NCBI RefSeq assembly: GCF_035594765.1
Contig: NC_085845.1
Location: forward strand, 155,698,897-155,762,896
Reading direction: 5' to 3'
Source: Anolis carolinensis
Taxonomy: Eukaryota
DNA length: 64,000 bases
A program made the position numbers and the translations under genes. Under the pieces are notes generated by a model. That model was not told where the DNA came from and ran no database searches. It saw only the letters and a program-made list of their open reading frames with translations. Positions 37,401-51,596 of this stretch are shown piece after piece (the stretch's first letter is position 1; each line of letters starts with the position of its first letter).

Positions 37401-40400
37401 CTAGCGAGGCCAGGCTCCATCCTGGGCGGGCAGAGCCACAAGAAGGTAGCCATCTTGCCTCCTCCTGCAGAAGGAGCCTCCACAGGGGCGCCGCTTTCGG
37501 GGGTCTGCGGCCATGGTGTCGCTTGTTGTGTTACAAGGAGGCGCAAGGGCGAGCCGCTTCACCTGCTGCCAGCGCTGGGGACGTGCCGGGCATGCCTCCC
37601 CACTCCTTCCTTCCCTCCCTCTTTTCCTCCCTCTTTCCTTCCCCACAGGTGCCTCAGGCACGGAAAGGCCTCCAGGAAGGGCCCAGCCTCCTCCTCCAGC
37701 CTTCGAGGGGGCCAGTCTGTCTCCACATGCACACGCACACACGGAAGTGCCTTTTGACTCTATAAGGGAAGAGGCAGCGCGTTAGTAGGGTGCTTTCTCC
37801 TTCTCTCTCTGAGATGAGGGTTACGTGGGGACACTGTCTGCAGGGGGAGGGGGAAGAGCAGCAGCCCACGCCTCACGTCGCGCGCGTGACGGAGCCCATT
37901 CAGAGCGAGCGATAAGGGAAAGCAGGAGGGGGAGGGGGAGGAGGAAGAGGGAGGGGGCTCGAGACCGCTTGACGGCGAGATATGAGGGAGGAACTGGCTC
38001 TCCCCGCGTTGTTTGGAATGTTTCGGGGAGGGGGGGGACACACTCTACACTGCTCTCTAATGCAGTTTCAAACTGCATTGTATGGTGAATGTAGATATTG
38101 CGTTTATAAGACGCACTGACTTTCCCCTCTATTTTGGGGGGGGAAAAGTGCGTCTTATAAAGCGAAAAATACGGTAAATACGAAGGAATCATCAACCCAA
38201 TTAGTTACTGCAGACAGATGTAGCCATGGCAATAGCAAGAAAGCAGTAACGAGGTATTCCCCTTGGCTCCTTTTCCAGCAAAGACTGAGCCTTTGGGATA
38301 CAATTAATAAATTCCCTGCTATAGGTAAACATCAGAAGTTAAGCAAGATTCTACTATTTAATATTTTAGTAGATGAACAATTACAACTTTCACTAATATT
38401 ACATACGGTTTCTGACCTTTAGCCAGTCAGCCATAACAATGACTGATGGATCAGTGATTGTACTAAGTAATTCTTTTGTAGCTCTTTTCTTCTCTTCTCT
38501 GTAATTTTTCTTTTGAACCTATAACAAACACAAAATAAATAAAAGAGTAAGAATCATAATTAAGGGAAAGAAAGTTATAAATTGACTAGACTTGCAAAAA
38601 CCAAAGGTCAAAACATAAAAAGAACTGTAAAAGGACTAATTCATTTGAAAAAACAACAAATCCCACTGTTAGTGGCACTGTTTATCTAATAGAAGAATTA
38701 TCATTCTATAATACTTATTTCTAACTAGTTTCCTATAGAAGTCTTTATATGACGGTTCTTCAACTATGTAAGCTTACATCAGGAACCCCTTTTTGTAGTG
38801 GTATTTTGCCCCCTTAGAAACTCATTTAGTGCTGATGTTGGCCTCATCACAAAGTTCAAATCTAGATTTTCACCAAACCTTTTGAGAGATATAAATCATA
38901 GTCTAGAAAAATGAGATTTTACAGACGGTATAAACTGTTCTAAACTGCTGCTTTTTGGACCATATCCAAAACCTAAGATTTTAATATATATAAATATTTT
39001 CATAAACAAACTAACATCTGTTGCCAAGAACTGACTGAGCAGGTTTCCATGCCTGAGCAGGAATTCAAATCCTGGCCTCCCCAACCCTTGAAACTTTACA
39101 TCAAACTTGTTCTCATTACCTCATTACCTTATATTAATTATTTATATTTTCAATTTACAATTCATAGTTCCTAGTCACTTTTCAATCCCTTTTCAAATTG
39201 GCTTTCATAATCTTACAAAATAATTCAGCAGCTTGGCTTAGAAAATACTTCTAAGTAAAGAAAACAGCTTCTGTAATTCCAAGATGAAAGAATAGTAAAG
39301 GTAAAGGTTTTCCCCTGACATTAAGTCCAGTCGTGTCTGACTCTGGGGGTTGGTGCTCATCTCCATTTCTAAGCCAAAGAGCCGGCGTTGTCCGTAGACA
39401 CCTCCAAGGTCATGTGGCCGGCATGCCTGCATGGAGCGCCGTTACCTTTCCGCCTGAGCGGTACCTATTGATCTACTCACATTGGCATGTTTTCGAACTG
39501 CTAGGTTGGCAGGAGCAGGAGCTAACAGCAGGCGCTCAAGCCGCTCCTGGGATTTCAACCTGGGACTTTTCGGTCTGCAGGTTCAGCAGCTCAGCGCTTT
39601 AACACACTTTGCCACCGGGGCTCCAGAAAGAATACCAGACTTCAAGTGAATCTAGCATCAATTTCTATAGATGTGACCCATCTTTGCTAGCATAAAGTGG
39701 TAATGACTAGCAACATATTTATTATTTTCCCAAAAACATATGACGTGCAGCAGGTTGGCAATAACTGGTCCACTTTGTCTATACATAATTATCACTGAGG
39801 TGACAAAGTCATGTGCAGGCTATGTTATACCATTTGGATGGAAACTGGAGACTGCTGTGATTAAATGGGCTTGTTTAAAAGCTGGTAATATACTCGATGA
39901 ATTTTACCAGTAGAGGTTATGTTGGTGGGGCTGTTAGGAGTCCAACATCATTTTGAAGGCTACAGCTTATTTATTTAACTACGTCCTTAAGATGTATCTA
40001 GAGATACATCAAGTCTCATAGAATATTTTCTAAAGATGATGACATTGATTCAGCACTGCAACTCTTCCAATATCCTAGTGTTTTTCTAAAGCTCTTCAAT
40101 ATTTCCTGTTTAGCTTCTGCCAGTTGAGTGATGCTACCTAGCCAGAATAATGGGGACAGTAAGTATGCTGTTTTGAAAAGCAACTGACCTTAAGAGACTC
40201 CTTCTTGGTGAGTTTGGTAGTTGAGGAGGTGGTGGTGGAGGCAGCAGCAATATCCTTCTCTGACCCATTATAAAGCTTAGATTCCGACTGAAAATATACA
40301 GTACACAAGAAAACAATGAGTAAAATGCTGCACTAGTTAACTTTTGAGTCAGTTAAACTTCAATTAAGTAAAAAAAGAAAGCCAAAAAGCTTTCCAGTCT

Positions 40401-42207
40401 ACAGGTCTAATGTTTATATTCATATTGCTTCATTTCATTGAGGCAGACAAGGAGTTTTTAATTAATCCAAAAACAAGTGTTTTTATGGTACTTTGTATGT
40501 GCCTCTATTTGCATGTCTTTTGAAAATGAACTAATTTGCATAACAGAGTTCAAGATTATCAACTGAGCGCCACATGTACAAACAGAAACAAGACTTCCCT
40601 TGTTCACTATCTCCTTCAAGGAGAATGTCTCCACACTTAATATTTGAACAATTTCCTGTATATATTACAGATTTATAGATGCATTTTTCCATTTAAGGCA
40701 TTAATTGTATTCTATTTACCATGGAAGTGAATACAGTGTGATGCATGCGATGAAACTCCCCAGACACTCCTAAATTTAAAGGAAAATGTCTATTTTTTTT
40801 TTTTTTACTATTTCTTACTTGACTGACCAAACTGACCAAACGCCTGGCACAAATGCAACAGTTTCTTCCCCCTTAGAACCTCCATGCCCAAAACAACAAC
40901 AAGAGACCACAAACCAGTCAAAATGCCACAGAAAGTGACACATCACTACTTCTGGCATGCCAAAACATGGTGGTACAGCCTTATGTAAAGGATGCAGGGG
41001 GAATGGTTCCTGCCCACAGTTGTCCACCACAAACTTATAGCTGTGGCAGCATATGATTTTTAGTTGATTTGAGATAGGGTTTGATCTATTCTGCTTTCTG
41101 AGAGAGAATCCACACCATCCGCAAAGAACTCGCAAACAGAGACAAAGAACTGCTGCACCTCCATATCAACATCAGTCAAAAGATGAACACCCAGGACTGG
41201 GATAAAATAGACAGCCTCACCTACAAAAAAAATGGAGAAAGACATGGTTCTCCACACCAAGAGACAAAAACAAAAATTCAACAAATGCCGTAAGCAACAG
41301 CCAAAACCAGAACTGGCTAAGTCACGGACCATCATCAACCTGACTGACAGACAACTCACTGAAGAACAAGTATCCATTCTAGCAAAAGGAGGAAATTTTG
41401 CAGTCACCACCACCAGGATCCCAGTAGAAAACATCATTGCCAATGTTGAATCAGCAATTTACCGGCTACCTGAGGAAGAAGCGGAGGAGGTAAGAATGGA
41501 AACAGCAAGGATCCTGAGAAATGAAAAACTTCCCCCCAGCAACATAACGAGAAAAGAAAGACAGGCCATCAAAGATCTCAACTCAGATCCAGAAATCATC
41601 ATTCTCCCGGCTGACTAGGGGAATGCCACGGTAATCATGGAAATAGAACAATACAAAGAAAAAAATCAGACAACTTCTAGATCCCACAATTTACAAGAAA
41701 CTGAAACAAGACCCTACTAACAAAATCACCAGAAAAACGAACAATCTAATCAAGAACTCCATTAACTTTGACATACGCCAACAGCTGTGCAAATCAGAAG
41801 CCCTCCCACCCAGGCTTTACACACTCCCAAAAATCCACAAGGACTCCATCCCACTCAGACCCATTGTAAGTGCCATTGGATTGCCGACTTACAACCTGGC
41901 AAAATTTCTGGTTACACAGCTACAAACCCATATTGGGCTCACTGTGCACTATATCAAGGACTCAACACACTTCATAGAAAAGATCAGCAACCTCAAGCTA
42001 AGCACCAAGGACATCCTGATCAGCTTTGATGTGGTGTTCCTATTTACCAAGGACCCGGTAGCTGATACCCTCACACTAATCAAACAAAACTTCCCAGAAG
42101 ACATCACAGCCCTGTTTCACCATTGCCTCACCACTAGCTACTTTCAGTGGGACAATGGATTCTATGAACAGAAAGATGGAGTGGCCATGGGGAGCCCTCT
42201 CAACCCA

Positions 42208-42240
<33 letters not shown>

Positions 42241-45200
42241 TTATTCTTATATCCCACCCCATCTCCCCGAGGGGACTCGGGGCGGCTCACAACAATAATA
42301 AAAACAGTGACAAATTACACATTGTAAAATCAAACATGAAAAGCAGTCATACAATCAATACATACATCACATGTGAAAAACAAGGAGATAAAACAGTTCT
42401 AGGCCGAAATAGAGGGCTTCTGTAGCTTCGTGGCAGAAGTATTCAGCAAGGTATCAATAATCATGGCAGAACACTCTCTAATTAAATTAAATGGGCAGAC
42501 AAATCAACCCCCAAAAATTAGTCGTCGAAGGCCCTCTGGAAAAGCCAGGTTTTAAGGCTTTTTCTAAAGGCTAGGAGGGTGGGGACCTGTCTAATCTCCC
42601 TCGGGAGTGAGTTCCAGAGGCGGGGGGCCACAGCAGAGAAGGCCCTCTCTCTCGTCCCCACCAGCCGCAACTGCGAAGGTGGTGGGAGCGAGAGGAGGGC
42701 CTCCCCCGAAGAGCGAAGAGATCGTGCAGGTTCATAGGGGGAGATGCGGTCTCTAAGGTAGGTGGGTCCCAAACCGCAAATTTCTATATGGAACACTTTG
42801 AAAAACAAGCCCTAGAAACAGCACCAAAAAAGCCAACTGTTTGGTTCAGATACGTAGATGACACCTTCACAATTTGGAGCCATGGAGAGGAAGAACTCAG
42901 CAAGTTCCTGGACCACCTTAACAGCATCCACCCAAACATCCAATTCACCGTGGAAAAAGAAAAGGAAGGAAAAATGCCATTTCTAGATGTTCTGGTCATC
43001 CGCAAACCCAATCAACAATTGGGCCACACAGTTTACAGAAAACCTACACACACAGATAGATACCTTCATAAAAACTCCAATCTTCACCCAAGTCAAAAAA
43101 GAAGCAAAAAAGCCCTGACAGACCATGCACAAAGAATCTGCGAACCTCACCTCCTCCAAGGTGAACTAAACCACCTAAACTGGGCTCTACAGGCCAATGG
43201 ATACTCCACCACAGACATCAGAAGAGCTGAAAGGCCAAGAACAAGCCATGAGAGTCAAGACAAAGATCCACCCAGAGGAAAGGTGTTCTTACCATACATC
43301 AAGGGAACCACTGACCACATAGGCAAACTAATGAAGAAGCACAACCTACAAACTATCTACAGACCCACAAAGAAAATCCAACAAATGCTACGGTCAGCGA
43401 AAGACAAGAGGGATCCTCTCTCCTCTGTAGGAGTCTACCGGATACCATGCAGCTGTGGGCAAGTATACATAGGGACCACCAAACGCAGCGCACAAACACG
43501 AGTCAAAGTAGCAGACTAATTCAACCAGAGAAATCAGCACTTGATGAACCAACCTGGACACAGTATATTATCTGAGAACACAGAAATGCTTGACCACTCC
43601 AACAACTATCATGTCAGACTACACAGAGAAGCCATTGAAATTCACAAACATGTGGACAACTTCAACAGAAAGGAGGAAACCATGAAAATGAACAAAATCT
43701 GGCTACCAGTATTAAAAAAACTCAAAAAAATCAGAACAGTAAATAAGAAGCAACACTCTGAGACATGGGAACTAGGGGCAGTTAACAAAGAATGCCCCCA
43801 GGCAGAAAGTAGCTAGATGTAGCCATTCAATACAAATTAGGGTGATTAACTGGAACATTTAAGCTGGCTTCCAACTGACAAGAGTTCTTCCCTCACCCTG
43901 GACTTCCCACAGATATATATAAACTCTCCTTGCTCAGTTTTTCCATACCTCACAACCTCTGAGGATGCCTGCCATAAATGTGGGCGAAACGTCAGGAGAG
44001 AATACTTCTGGAATATGGCCACGCAGCCCGAAAGACATACAACAACCCTGCTTTCTGATTATTGAGAGTGCCTGTTTTTCCCATATCCCACTCCAACATA
44101 ACAAACCATCCCATTGAGAATGGTCCCTTGACTGTGGTTGGAGAGATAGGAAATTTCATTTTCATTAATTCAACTGCATGCACTGACTATAGTTCAAATC
44201 CTTGGTTTGAATAGTCTAAACATGTTTTTTTTACATGTACTTCCCACAGGCTGGAAAAAAACTGGATGATAATAATAGAACTAATAGAGCCTCATAACTC
44301 TTCTGGCAGCCAGTTATTCCTTACTAGCTGATACTGTAACCAAGTTACTAGGAATTTCTCAGTAAGCATTTGCTTACTAAAAATATACTTTGGATGAGTT
44401 ACAAGGCATTTGTTTTCCCGGATATCAAACCACCAACTTGACTGACAAGAGGAGCTTAATTAAGATAGTCAACTAAACCTTCCTGCTAAATAAAAGGTCA
44501 ATATTTTTTCTCAAAACCATTCTCATTGTAGTTTTCAAAAAAGACGCTACTTGCTCTTTGATACAAAACACCAGTTTAAGAAGTATTGGCTGAAAACTGT
44601 ACATGTGAAAGGGATCTAGGAGTCTTAGCAGACCACAAGCTAAACTGTGTAATGTGGTAGCTGAAAAGGGTCAGTATGATTCTAGGCTGCATCAGAAGGA
44701 GTATTCTAGATTGAGGAAAGTAGTAGTCACACTCTATTCTGCTTTGGTCAGACCTTACTCAGAATACTATGTCCAGTTTTGAGCACCACACTTTAAGCAG
44801 ATATTGACAAGCTAGAACGTGTCCAGAAAAGAACCACCAAAATGGTCAAAAGTCTGGCAGCTAAGCCCTATGAGGATCAGCTTAGGGAGCTGAATATGTT
44901 TAGCTTGGAGAAGAGAAGGCTGAGAGGGGACATGATTGCTATGTTTAAATATTTGAAAGGATGTCATATTGAGGACAAAGCCAGCTTTTTTCTGTTCACT
45001 TCAAAGACTAGGACATGGAGCAATGGACTCAAGTTGCAGGAAAAGAGATTTCACGTAAACATTTGGAAGAACTTCCTAATGATCAGAGCTGTTTGACATT
45101 AGACTATGCTGCCTTGGAGTGGGGTCTCCTTCTCTAAAGGCTGGAAGCCCTCCAATTCTATGATTCTATGAGGAATTTGAGACCAGAGGCTGTATTTCAT

Positions 45201-48200
45201 AAAGCTTATAAATTTGAAAGCTCTACAATCTAAATAACACTTGTGCAAGAGAAACTTCAGTAGCAACTTCTGAGGACTCCAAAATACCTTTCAAGGATGG
45301 GCATTGGAGGGAAGACAATCTTGTTAATAAATTAAGAATCCTCTTACATATAATTTTCTGTGTGACTTTCCAAGAAAATATTTAAACTTCATAATTCAGC
45401 AAAACAGATGTAACTGCTCCTTAAACTATCAGCTAGTACAGTAGATTCCACAAAAATAGATGCATTATAAGCCAATTAATGTCGGTACACAACAATTAAA
45501 ACTTCTAAATGCATGGTTTTGTTTGAATCATTCAATCCAATTTTTTCAGAGATAAACATCAGGTTTTTTCTACCAGATCATAAATTGACCGTTCCCTGGT
45601 TCCACAGATTCAGCAGGAAAGCTTGCACAAAAGTGACCTTGATTGTTCCTCTAATAGCAGGTACTGCCAGGTTTCTGTTTTCCCTTTGTGATATTGGCTG
45701 CTGAGAAAACACTTCCATACGGCTGGAGAGTCACATGTAAATCACCCATGTTTGTCATGTAAATAACACATTTTGCAGAAGCAATCATTCTGATGGATAT
45801 ACAGTACTGATGATGGAGGAAAAGGAACCAAACAATCCATACAATCCATACAACTATCAATAGCATGAATTATTGGTGGAATACTCAGCACAGGTGACAT
45901 TAAAGCATTTTCCTAGTAAAGTTGATTTTTCAAGGTTAACTATTGATGAAACTAGTTGTGTGACTACCTCCCAAAACTGGAAAGATCCTAAGTTTTTGGT
46001 TAGTCAAAGGAAAAATAGTATAAAGACTGTCTCAGCAAAACTATATTTTAATGCTGTTCACAGAATACAGAAAAATCTGCTAATTTTGGAAAGCTAGTTC
46101 AAAACAACTGAAAATCCTTTTTCAAATCTCCTATGTATCGTTACTGTATTAAACCATGAAGCATATGGAACAACAGTTAAAAGCCTGAATGGAATATTTT
46201 TAAAAATACAGTATTCATGGGAAAAGAAACAAACTGGAAAGAAACATTTGGACTTAAAATATTTAACACACCATATGGCTATAATAACCTGATGTCAATT
46301 TGCTGAAATGTATGTTTCGTATTCCTAATACAAAACTCTAAAAACAATGTTTTAAGCTGACTGAACCTAAATAAGACAAAAAAACACCCATTAGGCATAG
46401 TAAAATGGTGTCCCTTATATAAATGGTAAAATCACAGTTTGCTTTTTAAATTAAAACTACCGTATATACTCGAGTAGAAGCCAATCTGAATATAAGCTGA
46501 GGCACCTTATTTTACCACAAAAAAACGGGTAAACTTATTGACTCGAGTATAAGCCGAGGGTGGGAAATGCAGCAGCTACTGGTATACCAATAAAATTACG
46601 TTAACTGAGGCATCAGTGGGGTAAATGTTCTTGAATATTTACCGTATTTCAAAGAAAAACAGTAAACTAACTCTATAAGTGGAAAAGTAGGGTCAACAAA
46701 AACAATATGGTATCCACAATAACTTTATCATCATCATCATCAACAACAACAACAACTTCCTTTGTATCCTGCTCTATCTCCCCTTAGGGACTCAGGCCAG
46801 CTTCCAACATAACAACAAGCAAACATTCAATGCCTATATAAACAATGCAGAGCTAGATACAGATCGATAATTATATATACTAATTTCACATTTGCAATTT
46901 CCCCTGAAATGTTTGCAAATCCTCTCTCTATATATGTGCATTTCCCTCCTGCAATATTTGCAAGCTCCATTTATCTACGTTTACATCTATACTTACTTAC
47001 TTACTTACATCTATCTAGACATCTTTCTGTGTGTGTGTGTGTGTGCATATTTGCAAGTCCTATATATCTATATTAATATATATATATATATAGACATCTC
47101 TCTATATATAATTATATCTATATAGGACTTCCAGAGACTTGCAAAAATGTGAGGGGAAATTCATATATAAAATTAATGTATACATATAGATACATGGAAA
47201 TCTCTCGATATCTATATGTATATAGGATTTGCAAAAACCTGCAAACATATGAGGGGAAATTCATATATTAAATTAATGTCTCCCTAAAAGCAACTTTGGC
47301 CTCTTTTCTCCTGCCCTTTCCCACCTCTTTTATTTCTCCCTTTTTCAAACTCTAAAAGTAGCCTGAAAAGCCTTTTTAAAACTCACCCCTCTCAAAAAAA
47401 CCCACCCCATTTTGTTTCCTTAGGAATAAAAAGAAATACACACCTTCTGTTCCTCTCCCTTCCCACCTTTCCTCCTTTTTGACTCAAACGTTCTTGCAAT
47501 AATAGTAATAATAATAATAATAAATCCTGCAAATTTGCCAGACTCTTTTTCTTCCCCTTCCACCCATGCAATACTTTTCTTCTTCCTGGCTTGAAAGGCT
47601 TTCACTCACTCTCCTTTTGCTTTTGAAAACATTCCCTTCTTGTCTCTCTCTTAAAGAGAGAGATAACTCCAGCCTGAGAGGAGAAGCGGAGAAAGGAGGT
47701 TTTGGAAAAGAAAACATACTGTAGCCTCCAGGCTCCGCTGTCTGGTTTGACCTTGACCCCATTATAAGCCAAGGGAGGCTTTTTCAGCCCCCCAAAAGAA
47801 ATAAAAAACTCAGCTTATCTTCAAGTATATACGGTATATTTTGTAGATATAGATGGGTAAATTTGTGGATATAGCTCGTAATGTTATAACCAAAGTTATA
47901 TATAGATGTTATTTATCTTATGGTGTTAAATTTTATTTTAGGAAGGTACAAAATATGTTTTAAAATAATACTTCACTCATTCAAATTCACATTGTTAGTA
48001 GTACATTTCATGCCATCATGAAGACTGTCATGACTTAATAGGAAATGACTTCCCTCTACCACATAGTAAAATAAAGATCCAAAAACACTGAAAATACATT
48101 AAGGTAAAAGATGCAAACACAATTCTGATATTTGATTCCTATTAAATATATACCTAGTATTAAAATATTAGTAAAATTGTATATTATCAATTCATAACTG

Positions 48201-49173
48201 AACCAATGAGGCAATGTTCAAAAATTTATTAAAATGAAACATTCTAAAAATGTTGCAAACAGAACAATGTCTTCACTTGTACAAAATGAATTAATGTACT
48301 TACTTTGCTCTTTGACATGGACTGTGAGGAATCATCTTTACCTTGTGAAGCATCATCTTTCCCCCTGTCAAACCCTAAAAAAGAATTTGAGATGACATCA
48401 ATTTAGTGAATGCTATATTTTTAAAAAAAGATTTCTATTCTGGCTTTCAGATGAAGATTCTCCAAAACAAAGTAAGAACATTTAAATACTCATATATAAA
48501 ATACAATTAATTTAAACATAAAACATTTACATCCACATTTAAAAGTGATTCCAAATGTATTTATTTAAAATATTGTTATGAGATATAGCATATGGTGTAG
48601 CAGTTCCAGCACTGGACTATGACTCTAGAGACCAGGATTCAAATCCTCACTTGGCCACATCCTTTTAGCATCAGAGAAAGGCAAAGGCAAACCCCTTTGA
48701 ACAAATCTTGCAAAGAAAACACAGTGATAGCTTACTTCAGGGTTGCCACAAGTAAGAACTTACTTGAAAGCACATGCCAAAAAACCATATTTTGATTAAA
48801 CAGTCTATCATTAAAATAGAGTGGTATTTAGGACTAAGATATGCTCTAAGAAAAACAATCTAACTATACAAAATATCCTTACACAATATAAATTCTAACT
48901 ACATATATGTGGAATGCAAATCATTTGGGATATTATTTGTTTGCTATACAGTGCAACAATTACTTTAAAACTAAGAAAACTTTGTTTAAAGTTAAAATTA
49001 CATTGGAGACCAAAATACAAATCTTGTTCCCAATCTTTTTATATTGTATTTGCAGTAAGTTCTTTTAACAGTTTCAAAAATCAACAAAAAAAGTGTTACC
49101 AATTCATCTTACCAGTTATTCCTAAACTAAATTCAGATGTCAAAAGACTCTTTGTGAAAGAAATAAATCAAGG

Positions 49174-49212
<39 letters not shown>

Positions 49213-51544
49213 CTTTATTTATATCCCCCCACCATCTCCCCACGGGGACTCGGGGCGGCTTACATGGGGCAGTGGCCCAAACAACATAAGAACAAAATAT
49301 AAGCAACACAATACAATCACAATATAAAAAGATAAAACAATAATACAATATATCAATATAAACAACAATACAAGATAACAGACGTTAACCATACATTCTG
49401 GCTACTTCTGAACTGGAAAGTATGGTTAATATGGTTAATATGAACCAACCATAGCTTTCAAATATTGGCTTATGTGGAAGCCATCAAACATAGTTCCCAC
49501 CTGATATGTAACAGGTAGCTATGATGAATTAGGAGCTTCTTGACTTAAGACTGCTGTTCACACCAGAGGCTAATATAATCTAGTCATTAATTATCATTTT
49601 TGGATTTAGCTGTAATAGCAGACTATGGTTAATTGCTGCTTCCTGAATATGTGAAGCAGGGAAGCAGAGTGGATGAGTGCATGGAGGTCATTAAATATCC
49701 TGGTTTATAAAGTCAGAATCTGATCTTCCAAATGTGATCTTTTTATTTGCACTGGATCTAATCCATCCCATCTGTTATCATTTGATGATACAAGTGCTCT
49801 TCAGCAATATTTTAAAAATAAAAATGCATATTTATATTTGTATTTAGGAAACCAATAAAATGTGTTTACAATAATTTCCAAGAACATAAAGAAGTACAAT
49901 TAACAGATTTGATGTTATGAAACATACATCTTCGTGGTCATTCAAATTAGAGAAGACCTATTACATTAATGGGATTTGCTTAAGCATGCATTCACTATTC
50001 AAATTTAATTCATTGAGTTTACTCTAGTAGGACTACCAACAAGTTGTTGCCAGGACAAACTGCTTGAAAATCAAATGTTTAATATTACTACTATGAATAC
50101 TAACACTAAGTTTCTCATTTTTTGTGTAACAAAATTTCCAATACATTTACACTTAAGTTATGTTCTGGGAAACATAATAGCAATGAAAGAAAACAAAGAA
50201 ATATATTAAACATTATTCAGAAATTCTGAGCTCTGAAAATGATTGCGAATTTCATATACAGTATATATTCCTCATGTGTAAGTTTTGAAATTTTGGTCAA
50301 AACATTGATCCCTAAAACCTGAGGTGACCTATTCTAAGGGTCTATGTAAATACTGTACTTTAACTCTTATTCATAAATAAACCATCTCCTTCTGTGAATA
50401 GCGTGGCAAAACGCAAGAACTTAGTCTGCTCTGGGAAAAACTGGGTAAAAAAAATAACAGTGATCGTCAGGGATGGTGGACCCTCAGATAACACTGGCCC
50501 TTTCCCCTCTTCATGGAATGACCCTTTTGCTGATTCATGCGTCCCATCAAAAAAAGGTAATTTTGGCCCAGAAACTTGTCCTCGACAAATACATGAAGTC
50601 GACATATACATGTATGTATGGCAGGCATACCAGACAATTTATGAGCTTAAATGCAATCCTCTGACTTAATACAGTCCTCCAGAATATGTGTTCAGCCCTT
50701 TATAGATATCCGGCATGCTAAGTAAATCCAAAGAAAATGATGGGAATGAATAACAATCGAATTCCAGTGAGTGATTTACTAGAAATAGCCTGAAATATAA
50801 AATAATGCCATATCATCTCCCCATCTTTTACATAAAGGGATTTTATTAAGGCAAGTTAGAAATTCTGAGGGTAACAGTACTAAATTGTTGACAGTTTCTT
50901 CCTGTTGAAACCTAAACTACACATACATATGCAATAACCTATACCAGGGGTCCCCAAACTTTTTAAGCCGAGGGCCGGTCTACAATCCTTCAGACTGTTG
51001 AGGGGCCGGATTATCATTTGAAAAAAAAAAAAAACAAATTCCAATGCACACTGTACATGTCCTATTTGTAGTGCAAAAACAACAACAACAACAACAACAA
51101 CAACGAAAGAACAATACAATATTTAAAAGTAAAAACAATTTTAACCAACATACATTTATCAGGATTTCACTGGGAAGTGTGCTTCTGCTTCTGGCCAATG
51201 AGATAGTCAAGTTAATTAGGGTTGTTGTTGTTGTTGTTGTTGTTGTGTACCTTCAAGTCATTTCAGACTTTGGGCAAGCCTAAGTCTAAAATGTATTTAT
51301 TTATTATTTATTTATTTACTACATTTGTATCACACCCTTCTCACCCCAAAGGGGACTCAGAGTGGCTTACAAATTATATAACTTTTATAACTGTTTATTG
51401 ATGTTATGTTTTTATTGATGCGACATTGTTTTATTGCCGATCTTGTTTTATTGTTTTATTGTTGTTATTGTATTGTTGTCGGGCATGGCCCATTGTAAGC
51501 CGCTCCGAGTCCCTCGGGGGAGATGGGCGGGATATAAAAATAAA

Positions 51545-51596
<52 letters not shown>

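Larger units (their letters stand above)
41063..44050 (+). mobile_element. Penelope-like element (RT plus GIY-YIG endonuclease), decayed and interrupted by an L2 fragment
   Basis: [30 protein letters not shown] and [19 protein letters not shown]; stops and frameshifts; hammerhead-bearing 3' repeat. Confidence 0.93.

Noticed and set aside
37259-38195. Several overlapping 70-124 aa ORFs as a nested gene
   Set aside because: Expected by chance in GC-rich sequence; no recognisable domain; enclosed by transposon TIRs
697-48374. Calling the gene OSBPL5
   Set aside because: Every exon after the first matches ORP8-type residues ([36 protein letters not shown]) better than ORP5
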